From positions 4,544,001-4,608,000 of the forward strand of contig OY969474.1 of assembly GCA_963700145.1 (NCBI GenBank): a stretch of DNA of 64,000 nt. The letters run 5' to 3'. A program made the position numbers and the translations under genes. The notes beneath the pieces were generated by a model. The model had not been told where the DNA came from and ran no database searches. It was given only the letters and a program-made list of their open reading frames with translations. Positions 41,307 to 50,583 of this stretch are shown piece by piece (position 1 is the stretch's first letter; every line of letters begins with the position of its first letter). The DNA is from an uncultured Acidobacteriota bacterium (GTDB lineage: Bacteria; Acidobacteriota; Thermoanaerobaculia; Multivoradales; UBA5704).

Positions 41307-42967
41307 CGGCCGGCGTCCAGGCACGAACAGCTTTCAGGTGGGAGGGACGGCTCGGCTTGCTCGGCGGGCGCCTCGAAGCTCACCTCTTCGCCGCGCCCGA
41401 ACCCCGCTGCCGCCAGACCGGAGACGGTGTGCAGCCCCGGTTCGAATTCGGCCGGGAGAGGGAGCCAGAGGGCGCTCCCCGACGCGGCGAGCGGGAAGAC
41501 CGGCGCGCCGTCGAGGGTGAGCCCGCGCCAAGCGAGCGATCCTGGGAAGCGGCCGCAGACGCAGATCACGTCGGCGGCGATGGCCGGCGGGAGGCCGGTG
41601 CGGTCGAGGCGCGGTTGCCCTTGCGCTTGCCTCGTCTCTCCTACCTGAATCTCTGCGGCCGCCTCGACGACCACCTCGCCGGTCGAGTCGGTGTAGGTCA
41701 CGACGAGCGGCGTCTCCGGTACGAGGTCGGCCGGCAGCTCCGCGGTCAGGAGAGTCGCCAGCAGCTCCGGCGGCGGCGGGGGCGGCAGCGGCTCGACGGC
41801 GGCGACCTCGAAGGCGAGGCTCGCGGACTCCGCGGCCGGCGCGACGGCGAGGAACGGTCCCGCGGGCTCGCCGCTCTCGCCGCCGGTCGAGGGCGCCACG
41901 GCAACGATGCGCGGCGGGAGGTCGGACATGTCGGCGGCGGCGACCTCGTAGAGCCGCACCCCCTCCTCGCCGGGCCCGACGTCGGCGAGCAGCTCGCCGC
42001 CGTCGCGCCGTGCGACGGTGAAGACCTCGGCCTCGCCGGCCAGACCGAACGGCTCGGGATCGGCGACAGTGACCGCGTAGGCAGCCGCGGACCCGCGCTC
42101 GGGCGCCGCCGGCTCCGCCATGCCGATCTCCGCCTCCAGCGGCGGCGGCTCCTCGACCGGTTCCGCCCCCTCCGCGCCCTCCTCCCCCTCGACCGGCAGC
42201 TCCTCGACCGTGAACTCCTCCTCTTCGATCTCGGCGCTGAGGTCGAGGTCGGCGGCCGACAGCGACCGCACCAGGTAGCGGGCGCGGCGCCGCGCCGGCT
42301 CCTCGACCGCCAGCGCCGCGGCCAGCCGCGCCAGCTCGGCCCGCCCGGGGTGCGCCGCCGCGGTCTCTACCAGCTCTAGCTCCACCCGCCGCGCCCGCGT
42401 CGGGTCCCAGGTCGAGACCCGCGGGTCGAACGGCACGGCGTCCGCACCGCCGATCGTCCAGCGCCCCTCCGGCGGCGTCCGCTCCGGGTCGAGCACCTGG
42501 ACGAGAACCGTCTCGCCGGGCGCCGCCGCCGGCGGCAGGCGGAGCAGCCCTTCAAGGCTCGCCGCCGGGCGCGGCGCGGGTCCCACCGGCAGGTCGTCGG
42601 CGTAGAAGACCGGCCGGTCGTCGCTGCGCACCTCGACCGCCACCTCCCGCGGCGGCTTCCCTTCCGCCAGCTCCAGCCGGAAGCGCGCCGGCGGCGGCGT
42701 GGCCGGGCCGCGCAGGGTGAGCGAGCCGGCCTCGCGGCTCAGGTACCAGCCGGAGGGGAAGGCGGCGGCGTGGAGGCGCTCGGCCAGCCGCGCCGACACG
42801 ATGAGCCGCAGCTCGTCGATCGCCGGGCCGTCCTTCCAGAGGAGGGTGAGCGCCCGCGCACCGGGGTCGAAGGCGGCGGTCAGCGTGCCGCTCCCCTGCG
42901 CCCGCGCCGCGGGCGCGGCGAGGGCCAGCGCCAAAGAGGCGGCGAGGAAGCGACCGGGACGTGACAT
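41303..42967 (-). CDS. Secreted hypothetical protein with acidic central region
   Basis: Signal peptide MSRPGRFLAASLALALAAPAARA; stop overlaps the halogenase ATG. Confidence 0.7.
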   Translation of the reverse strand: MSRPGRFLAASLALALAAPAARAQGSGTLTAAFDPGARALTLLWKDGPAIDELRLIVSARLAERLHAAAFPSGWYLSREAGSLTLRGPATPPPARFRLELAEGKPPREVAVEVRSDDRPVFYADDLPVGPAPRPAASLEGLLRLPPAAAPGETVLVQVLDPERTPPEGRWTIGGADAVPFDPRVSTWDPTRARRVELELVETAAAHPGRAELARLAAALAVEEPARRRARYLVRSLSAADLDLSAEIEEEEFTVEELPVEGEEGAEGAEPVEEPPPLEAEIGMAEPAAPERGSAAAYAVTVADPEPFGLAGEAEVFTVARRDGGELLADVGPGEEGVRLYEVAAADMSDLPPRIVAVAPSTGGESGEPAGPFLAVAPAAESASLAFEVAAVEPLPPPPPPELLATLLTAELPADLVPETPLVVTYTDSTGEVVVEAAAEIQVGETRQAQGQPRLDRTGLPPAIAADVICVCGRFPGSLAWRGLTLDGAPVFPLAASGSALWLPLPAEFEPGLHTVSGLAAAGFGRGEEVSFEAPAEQAEPSLPPESCSCLDAGR

Positions 42968-43030
42968 CGGACCGCGTAGGTTAACGCACCCTCCTTGCAA
43001 ACCGCCGCCGGCTCTGCGAGGTTCCGCGCG

Positions 43031-43843
43031 ATGGCGACCTGGGTGATCGGCGACGTCCACGGCTGCTTCGCCACCCTCTCGCGCCTCCTCGACCGCATCC
43101 GCTACGAGCGCCGGCGCGACCGCCTCTGGATGGTCGGGGACCTGGTCAACCGCGGCCCGCGCTCGCTCGAGGTGCTGCGCTGGGCCGCCGGCCTCGGCGA
43201 CAAGCTGGTCACCGTCCTCGGCAACCACGACCTCCACCTCCTGGCGCGCGCCCGCGGTTTGGTGGAGCCGCGGCGACGCGACACCCTCGACGAGGTGCTC
43301 GCGGCGCGCGACGGCGACGACCTCTTGGCCTGGCTCCTCGCCCGGCCGCTCTTCCATCGCGACGGCGACTGGACGCTGGTCCACGCCGGCCTCTTCCCGG
43401 CCTGGACCCTCTCCCAGGCCGAGCGGCTGGCGCGCGACACCGAGGCGGTGCTCCAGGGGAAGAACGGCGACGCGCTCCTCCGCGCCGACCGCAAGGTCGC
43501 GGAGCGCTGGGACGAAGGGCTCGGCGGCATCGCCCGCGCCCGCGCCGCGCTCGCCGGCTTCGCCCGCCTGCGCACGCTGATGTCGAACGGGCGGATGTGC
43601 CCCGACTTCAGCGGCACCCCGGACGAGGCGCCGGACGGCTGCGCGCCCTGGTTCGAGCGCCCGCGCCGCAGCGCCGGCCGCGGCAACACCGTCATCTTCG
43701 GTCACTGGGCCGCGCTCGGCCTCTACCGCCAGGACGGCGTCGTCTGCCTCGACAGCGGCGCCGCCTGGGGCCGCGCCCTCTCCGCCATCCGCCTCGACGA
43801 CGGCGCCATCGTGCCAGCAGCAGACGGTGGACTGACGCGCTAG
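43031..43843 (+). CDS. apaH: Symmetrical bis(5'-nucleosyl)-tetraphosphatase ApaH
   Basis: [45 protein letters not shown]; true stop probably 43835 (extra base ~43813). Confidence 0.93.
   Translation: MATWVIGDVHGCFATLSRLLDRIRYERRRDRLWMVGDLVNRGPRSLEVLRWAAGLGDKLVTVLGNHDLHLLARARGLVEPRRRDTLDEVLAARDGDDLLAWLLARPLFHRDGDWTLVHAGLFPAWTLSQAERLARDTEAVLQGKNGDALLRADRKVAERWDEGLGGIARARAALAGFARLRTLMSNGRMCPDFSGTPDEAPDGCAPWFERPRRSAGRGNTVIFGHWAALGLYRQDGVVCLDSGAAWGRALSAIRLDDGAIVPAADGGLTR
43596..43835 (+). repeat. Direct repeat, copy 1 (apaH 3' end)
   Basis: ~240 bp aligning with 48001-48238; differences mostly at synonymous positions. Confidence 0.95.
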
Positions 43844-44760
43844 GACGCGGGGAGCAGGCGCGCGGGGTAGTGGCGCACGCTCTGGCCGAGGAAGAAGGCC
43901 GGCGAGCGGTCGATGTGCAGCGTCAGCGGGTCGGGGAGCGTGACGATCGCACGCTGGCGGGCGAACGCTTCGGCCTTGGCCACCAGGTCGCGGTAGTCGG
44001 CGATGAACTCCTCGACGCTCTTCGCCCGATCTTCAGCCGCGCGAGCGAAGAGGCGGGCGAGGAGGGCGGCGTCGTCGCGCGGCGGCGCCTCGCCGGGGAG
44101 GAGTTGCGGCCACCTGGCGGCCGTAGGCGGCGGCCTCGGCGCGCTTGGCGCGGAGCGCCGCCTCGGCCTCGCGCAGCAGCTCGTCCGGGGGCGTCGCGAC
44201 GCCGGTGCCGAGGCGAAGGTCGCCGCGTAGTCGCCCCCCAGGCGCGGCGAGCCGGTGGCGCGGGCCGCCAGGTCGTCGAGGGACTGGGCCCAGGCGTCGA
44301 GCCCCAGGCTGGCGGCGGTCGCGGCGACGCGCTGCCGCCGCGCCAGCGGCGCGGCCTGCCCGGCGGCGAGCGACGCGAAGCCCTCGCGGTAGAAGGCGGC
44401 GCTGGCGCGCGCCTGGGCGGCGGCGAGCCGGCAGTGCTCGGGCGCGATCTCCGCCAAGGCGGTGCCGGCGAGCGCCAGCCGCGCCTGCATCGAGAGCCGC
44501 GGCAGGTGCGTCGCGCGCGCCGCCGTCCGCTCCAGGCGCTCCGCTTCCGGCAAGTCGTCGCGCACCAGCAGGAAGACTGTGATGTTGCCGGCCAGGCCGG
44601 TCCACCAGAGCGGATCGCGTTGCGGGCGGCGGCGTACCGCCAGCTCGTGCACCTCGCGCTCGGCCTGCGCCAGCAGGAGCTCGGCGTCGAGCTGGTCGTC
44701 GAGCGCCAGGCCCAATGGGTCACAGTCTCCTCGCGCCGAGCCTATGGCAGCCTTGACCGT
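43840..44760 (-). pseudogene. Fragment of a DUF885-like protein (no clear start, frameshifted, truncated)
   Basis: Host-like codon usage; LDDQLDAELL...RDPLWW...LPRL; IVTLPDPLTLHIDRSPAFF; 5' end abuts the TIR gene. Confidence 0.45.
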
Positions 44761-44789
44761 TCGTTCCCTTGACCGTCGTCGGTGGAGCC

Positions 44790-45203
44790 TCAGCGGATCG
44801 CTGCTAGCAGCGCGGCGACGCCGCCTTCCCAATCCGCAACCAGATCAGCGTACTTGAGGTCGGCGAGAATCGCCGGAGCCTCTCCCCCGCTCAGGCGGCA
44901 GGGCAGCACCCGCACCCCCTTCGCCTCGAGCTGGCGCGCAAGCGCCGACATCCACTCGCGACCCATCCATGGCGCACTCACGCCCGCAGCGGAATAGCAC
45001 ACCACCACATAGTCCGCCTCCGCCAGACCCTCGTCGATGCGGCCGACGATGGAATCACCCATATCGATTCGCCAGCTGTCAAGCCAGACTCTATGGCCTG
45101 CATCGCGCAGCTGGTTCGCTAACCGTTCCGCGAGTTCCTTGTCCGCCCCGCGGTGGGAGACGAAGACCCTAGCCAAGCCCGGTCCCGTATTCCGGCGCAT
45201 CAC
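44790..45203 (-). CDS. Stand-alone TIR domain protein (TIR_2)
   Basis: VFVSHRGADK...VWLDSW.I.MGDS...ADYVVVCYS...WMGRE (catalytic Glu)...LADLKYADL. Confidence 0.92.
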   Translation of the reverse strand: MMRRNTGPGLARVFVSHRGADKELAERLANQLRDAGHRVWLDSWRIDMGDSIVGRIDEGLAEADYVVVCYSAAGVSAPWMGREWMSALARQLEAKGVRVLPCRLSGGEAPAILADLKYADLVADWEGGVAALLAAIR

Positions 45204-47647
45204 ACTTGTGCGCCGCCGCGGCGCAAGGCGTCGAGCGCGGCGTGAAGGAAGGTTGGATCATCTACTCTCACCTGAGACAGCTTCAGCCCGGCAAAACGGA
45301 CGGTCGTCTGGAACACCCTCTCTACCCTGCCAAAATTGGCGTCGCCATCGCTCGTGTTCGTCAGCTTGATGAGCGCGTCATCGCCGGCACTCGCCAGCAG
45401 GCCACCGTCGGCACTGAACTGCAGCGCCGAGACGCCACCCTCGTGGAGCTTGAGCCGCATCCGCTCCTGCAGGCCGACCCGGTCCCACAGCTTCACGACG
45501 CCGGTCTGGTCCCCACTCGCCAACAGGTCCCGCGCGCCATCGATGGCGAGCGACAGGACGCTGACATCGTGACCATGAACGCTGGCGATGGGCTTACTGT
45601 CCGCGGTCTCCGCGCTCCATGCGCACAGAAAGCCATGATCGGTTCCACCCACCAGCGCCGAGTCGTCACCGGCAAAGATGATGTCTCGCACTTCAAAACC
45701 CACGTCCTTCGGTTCGAAGATGCCCACGAGGTCCCGGCGCTTGACGTCCCACACTTTGACGACACCTTCACCTGTCCCGCCGGCACTTGCCAACAGCGAG
45801 CTTCGGTTGGCAAAACGCACCTGCCAGATGGTGTCGTGGTGACCCTTGCCGTAGTTGTTGTTTTCCGCCATGTTGGCGACTTCGAGGCGGTTGCCCGCCA
45901 AGTCGAGAACCCCGAGCACTCCACCGTAGGAGCCGAAGGCGAGCAGACTCTCGCGCGCTGACGCCGCCAGGCAGGTGATCGAGGTGGGGTGCTTCTTGCG
46001 GAGAAAGTGATAGACCATGTCGACAGCTTCGTCCTGGCCCACGCAGTAGCTGTGGGGCATGACCCACCACAGATGGGCCTTGTCCCAGGCCAAAGTGCTC
46101 CAGTCCAGCAGCAGCTCGGGCAACGTTTGTCGGTCGGACGGCTCGACCGCAGCCGACCGTATGGTGCCGTCCCCGGACGAACTGAGAACCCGTTGCGTGC
46201 GGGGGTCCCAGAGCAGCGCGGAAACCCATCGCGAGTGCCCTGCGGCCACGATCTGGTCCGTGCCGTCGGCGACGGAGAAGCAGCGCACCGAACCGTCTCG
46301 GCCGCCAGCCAGGAGCCGACGGCCGTCGTTGGTGAAGCATAGCGAGCTGTACCTGACGGGCAGGATGCCGTTGACGTCGGTGATGTCCGCCTCGGCCCAG
46401 TCGGCGCCTTCGAGATTGCAGCCGGTGAAGGTAGCGTGGCGCAACCGCGACCGACGGAAGCTGCAGCGGGCGAGATTGGTCGACGAGAAGTCGGCATGGG
46501 AGAGGTCGAGGCGGGAAAAGTCGCGTCCCTCGAAGCCGGTGCTGTCGACGAGGCGGAGAAGGGCCACGATGTTGGCTCCGCCGTAGGCGTTTGCGCCCCT
46601 ATGTGATTGTCTGTCCAGCGCTGCGTACAGCCGGCGGGAGTCGGTGCGGCTGAGCTCGTGGATCATCCTGAGTAGCGGCACGCTGAAGAGTCGGCGATCG
46701 AGTTCATCCTGCGACGATGCCGCAATCTCTGCACGGGCGGTCGCGGGCAGGCGCCCGGCCAGCTCATCGCGGAGGATCTCCAGATGGAGGCATACTTTGG
46801 CGGCCATCGCAAGGTCGATCGCCGCTTGGTGCGAGAACCTAACGTCACGCCTGGGGCCCTGGCCGAAAAAGGCATGACGTCGAGTCCCAGGGTTTTCCAG
46901 TGCGAGGCGCTCCCAATCGAACGCGGATCGCAGACCAGCATCCACGAATCGCTGCGGAATCGAGTAGACACCGGCCTCCGGCTCCCCGAAGCGACTGCCG
47001 GCGAAGTCGAGCAGGAACGTGAACTGCTCCCACTTCGTCAGCGACGTGATGCCTGCCGCCAAGTTGTCCTCGAACCAGGACTCCATGCCTCCCCAAAGCA
47101 ACGTCGCGTAGCTCGCCTCGGCGACAGGGACCAAACGCTTGCGAATGGCCGCCATCGCATTGTCATAGAAGAACTCAGGCAGCATGTGCCCCAGCTCCTG
47201 GGCACGGCGTACCACGTGCGCCGCCTCTTCTTGGAGAGCCGCCTCGGGATAGATCCTCGCCAGCAGCGCCTCGAATCCGGTTTCGTACGACGAGAAGTCG
47301 GCGTACACCAGGTCCTGAAGCGAATCCGGTAGTGGAGAGTCGTCAACGACCACCGGCAAGACCTGGCTCTTGCCGCCGGAAATGGAGCGATGCAGCGCTA
47401 GACTCAGCTCCTTCTTAACCCACTTGGAGGCAGCCGAGCTCTTGGAAATCACGGCGATGACGTAGTCGGCCTGGCTGAGCCCCTCGCCGATTCGCTCGAT
47501 CAGCGAGTCGCCGACTTTGATCTCCCAGAAGTCAACCCAGACGCCCAGGTTCAGCCGTCGCAGATCGTCCGCGAGACGACCGACAAAGGGCCGATCGATT
47601 TGGGTGTAACTGATGAAGATCTGTGGCAGGGCAGCCACCTTAGGCAT
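45200..47647 (-). CDS. TIR domain - helical region - pentapeptide repeats - WD40 beta-propeller protein
   Basis: IFISYT...WVDFWEIKVGDS...SKWVKKEL; FSRLDLSHADFSSTNL..ATFTGCNLEGADW; ~7 WD40 repeats (GHSRWV, GHHDTIW, GHDVSV, VKLWD). Confidence 0.93.
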   Translation of the reverse strand: MPKVAALPQIFISYTQIDRPFVGRLADDLRRLNLGVWVDFWEIKVGDSLIERIGEGLSQADYVIAVISKSSAASKWVKKELSLALHRSISGGKSQVLPVVVDDSPLPDSLQDLVYADFSSYETGFEALLARIYPEAALQEEAAHVVRRAQELGHMLPEFFYDNAMAAIRKRLVPVAEASYATLLWGGMESWFEDNLAAGITSLTKWEQFTFLLDFAGSRFGEPEAGVYSIPQRFVDAGLRSAFDWERLALENPGTRRHAFFGQGPRRDVRFSHQAAIDLAMAAKVCLHLEILRDELAGRLPATARAEIAASSQDELDRRLFSVPLLRMIHELSRTDSRRLYAALDRQSHRGANAYGGANIVALLRLVDSTGFEGRDFSRLDLSHADFSSTNLARCSFRRSRLRHATFTGCNLEGADWAEADITDVNGILPVRYSSLCFTNDGRRLLAGGRDGSVRCFSVADGTDQIVAAGHSRWVSALLWDPRTQRVLSSSGDGTIRSAAVEPSDRQTLPELLLDWSTLAWDKAHLWWVMPHSYCVGQDEAVDMVYHFLRKKHPTSITCLAASARESLLAFGSYGGVLGVLDLAGNRLEVANMAENNNYGKGHHDTIWQVRFANRSSLLASAGGTGEGVVKVWDVKRRDLVGIFEPKDVGFEVRDIIFAGDDSALVGGTDHGFLCAWSAETADSKPIASVHGHDVSVLSLAIDGARDLLASGDQTGVVKLWDRVGLQERMRLKLHEGGVSALQFSADGGLLASAGDDALIKLTNTSDGDANFGRVERVFQTTVRFAGLKLSQVRVDDPTFLHAALDALRRGGAQV

Positions 47648-48000
47648 GGTACACCCAGACGGCCAGGGCAGCGGGTCACGCCGCGCGGACCAGCCTTTCG
47701 CCGAGTGTGAGGCAGAGCGGAGGATAGGGGATTGCTTCTCGGTCAGCGAGGATAGCCCGGCCGAGCCCCTCTCCTGGAGGGGTCATAGACCCCGGGGAAA
47801 CAGAGGAATGGGGGTGGCCGAGGTGCTGGCGAGGGCTGCGAGGGCCGGGGGCTGGCGAGGACTGCGAGGGCCGGGGCGAAGCCAGCTGAGAGGCGAGAGG
47901 CGGGTGGAGTGGGGCGGCCAGGGGGCAAGATGCGAACCTCCGCCATGACCCGGCACGGAGCTGAGGGCGGGGATATCAGGAGGCAGCGCGAGCTGGGGCG

Positions 48001-48238
48001 TGTGCCCCGACTTCAGGGCACGCCCGACGAGGCGCCGGACGGCTGCGCCCCCTGGTTCGAGCGGCCGCGCCGGAGCGCCGGCCGCGGCAACACCATCGTC
48101 TTCGGTCACTGGGCCTCGCTCGGCCTCTACCGCCAGGACGGCGTGGTCTGCCTCGACAGCGGCGCCGCCTGGGGGCGTGCCCTCTCCGCCATCCGTCTCG
48201 ACGACGGCGCCCTGGTCCAGCAGCAGACGGTGGACTAG
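48001..48238 (+). repeat. Direct repeat, copy 2 (orphan apaH 3' fragment)
   Basis: Encodes ...[19 protein letters not shown]...FGHWASLG...CLDSGAAWG...VQQQTVD*; no 5' part of the gene. Confidence 0.95.
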
Positions 48239-48248
48239 CATTCGGCCC

Positions 48249-48812
48249 GTGCCCAGGATCACCAAGGTCTACACCCGCACCGGCGACGACGGCACCACCG
48301 CGCTCGGCGGCGGCCAGCGGGTGCCGAAGGACGCGGTGCGGATCGCCGCTTACGGCACGGTGGACGAGCTGTCGTCGCAGATCGGGGTGGCGCTGGCGGT
48401 CGGCGTGGCCGAGGAGCTGGCGGCGCCGCTCGGCCGCATCCAAAACGAGCTCTTCCACCTGGGCTCCGACCTCTGCGTGCTGGAGGAGGACAAGGCGCGG
48501 ATGCCGGTGCCGGTCGTCGAGGAGCGGCACGTCGCCGCGCTGGAGGAGCTGATGGACCGCCTCTCCGAAGAGCTGCCGCCGCTCGCCAACTTCATCCTGC
48601 CGGGCGGCGCGCCGGGCGCCGCGCAGCTGCACGTCGCCCGCACCGTCTGCCGGCGCGCCGAGCGGCTCCTCGTCACACTGGCGCGCGAGGAGCCGGTCGG
48701 TGCCTGGGCGGTGCGCTACCTCAACCGCCTCTCCGACGCCCTGTTCGTGATGGCGCGCTTCGAGAACCTGCGGCGCGGCGTCCCCGAGCCGCTCTGGGAC
48801 AGCCGCGCCTAG
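48249..48812 (+). CDS. ATP:cob(I)alamin adenosyltransferase, PduO type
   Basis: [42 protein letters not shown]. Confidence 0.93.
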   Translation: MPRITKVYTRTGDDGTTALGGGQRVPKDAVRIAAYGTVDELSSQIGVALAVGVAEELAAPLGRIQNELFHLGSDLCVLEEDKARMPVPVVEERHVAALEELMDRLSEELPPLANFILPGGAPGAAQLHVARTVCRRAERLLVTLAREEPVGAWAVRYLNRLSDALFVMARFENLRRGVPEPLWDSRA

Positions 48813-48827
48813 CCCGCGACGCCGGCG

Positions 48828-49740
48828 TCAGCGCCGGTCGATCTCGCCCACCCGCACGCTCGGCCCCGCGCCGCAGCGCGAGCCGCCCTCGAAGGCCCCG
48901 ATGACGTGCACGGAGTCGCCGCGGCCGAAGCCGCGCAGGTTGCCGGCGAGCTCGTAGGTGCGGCCGTCGTCGCCGCGCAGCACCGGGCAGCCGCCGGCGG
49001 TGGTGATCCGCCCGCGCAGGTTGACCAGTTCGCCGCGGTCGGCGCGCCAGCGGTCGTCGAGACGGTCGCCGCCGAGGATGCGGTCCAGCCGGTCGCGCCG
49101 CTCCCAGTCGCCGTCCCGATCGTCGTCCCAGCGGTCGTCCGCCCAGCGGCCGTCGCGGTCGAGGTCGCGGAGCTGGTGGATCTGCAGGGTCGTCCCCTGG
49201 CGGCAGACGGAGCTCTGGACCACGCGCCCCTGGATCCAGACGTCGTCGCCCGGACGGAGCCGCAGCGCCGGGTCGCCGACCAGGGTGTAGAGGCGGCCGT
49301 CGTCGCCGCGCACCGCGGCACAGCGGATCCCCTCGGCCGTCACCTCGCCCTGGACGTGGACGATGCCGCGGCCTGGGCGATCGGCGAGGTTGCCGCTCCG
49401 CGGCCAGCGCTGGCGCTGGTTCAAGGCCCGGCGCCGCTCGGCCTCCCGCCGGTCCCACGCGGTGTCGATTCGGCGCTGCCGCTCCAGCCCCTGCTGGCGC
49501 TCGAAGCGGCTGCCGCTGGGCGTCCACCCGCTGCTCCTGCTTCTTGTGCTTCTTCTCCTTCTTCGCCTTCTGCTTGCCGTGCGCCTTGCCCTTGCCATTC
49601 CCCTTGCCGCCCCCCTTGTCGTGCTGGACGTAGGAGGCCGCGTCGGGGCTCGGGGCGGCGTAGGCGGCGGCGGGGACCATCAGGGCGAGGGCGAGCCCGC
49701 AAGCCGGGATCAGCCTCGCCGCGCGTCGGAACCTGGTCAT
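48828..49740 (-). CDS. Secreted protein with two DUF5818-like domains (frameshift ~49510)
   Basis: Signal peptide, Lys-rich stretch, then two repeats G..T....C...RGDDGR.Y.L.G......GD.V...G......C. Confidence 0.65.
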
Positions 49741-49929
49741 GACCTCTACTCCTTTCCCGGCGGTGCTCGACCCGCCGGCAGGGAGGGGTAGGGCAAGATG
49801 GCTGCCACAGGGCCTAAACGGAGTGAAACCAGCGCGTTGCACCGTTCCTCCGGCGCCGGGATCGGGCCGGAATCGTCCTCTCTCGGGGACGCCGGCGGAC
49901 CCCTCGCCTGATAGCCTCCGCGACCGCCC

Positions 49930-50583
49930 ATGACCCCGCCCGCCGCCCTCCTCTTCGACCTCGACGGCACGCTCATCGACTCCCGCCGCGACCTCGCAGA
50001 GGCGGTCAACCGCACGCGCCAGGAGCTGGGGCTCGCGCCGCTGGCGCTCGCCGAGATCGTCGGCATGGTGGGGGAGGGGGCGCGGCGGCTGGTCGAGAAG
50101 GCGCTCGGCACGGACGTGCCGCCCGAGCGATTCGAGGAAGTCTTTCGCCGCTACCTGGAGCACTACCGCGCCGTGCTGCTCGACACGACGCGTGCCTACG
50201 ACGGCATGCCCGAAGCACTGGCGCGGCTCGCGGCGCGCTACCCGCTGGCGGTCCTCACCAACAAGCCCGAGGACCTCTCGCGCGCGGTGCTGGCGGGATT
50301 GGGCCTCCTCGAGCACTTCGCGGAGGTGCTGGGCGGGGACAGCCTGCCGAGCCGCAAGCCAGACCCCGCGGGCCTCCTGCTCCTCGCCGAGCGGCTGGGC
50401 GTGCCGCCGGAACACACCCTCCTGATCGGTGACAGCGCCATCGACGCCGCCACCGCCCGCGCCGCCGGCTGCCGCTTCGCCCTCGTCACCTGGGGTTTCT
50501 CCGCTCCAGCTCACCTCGAAGGCGTGCCGGCGGAAGGGCGCTACGCCACGCCCGCCGACCTGGCCGCGGCGCTCCTGCGCTAG
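49930..50583 (+). CDS. HAD-family hydrolase (phosphoglycolate phosphatase-like)
   Basis: FDLDGTLIDS, LTNKP, KPDP, IGDS..D. Confidence 0.9.
   Translation: MTPPAALLFDLDGTLIDSRRDLAEAVNRTRQELGLAPLALAEIVGMVGEGARRLVEKALGTDVPPERFEEVFRRYLEHYRAVLLDTTRAYDGMPEALARLAARYPLAVLTNKPEDLSRAVLAGLGLLEHFAEVLGGDSLPSRKPDPAGLLLLAERLGVPPEHTLLIGDSAIDAATARAAGCRFALVTWGFSAPAHLEGVPAEGRYATPADLAAALLR

Noticed and set aside
44790-47647. Calling the TIR pair Thoeris or Avs/NACHT
   Set aside because: No ThsA (SIR2/Macro) gene and no P-loop NTPase motif visible
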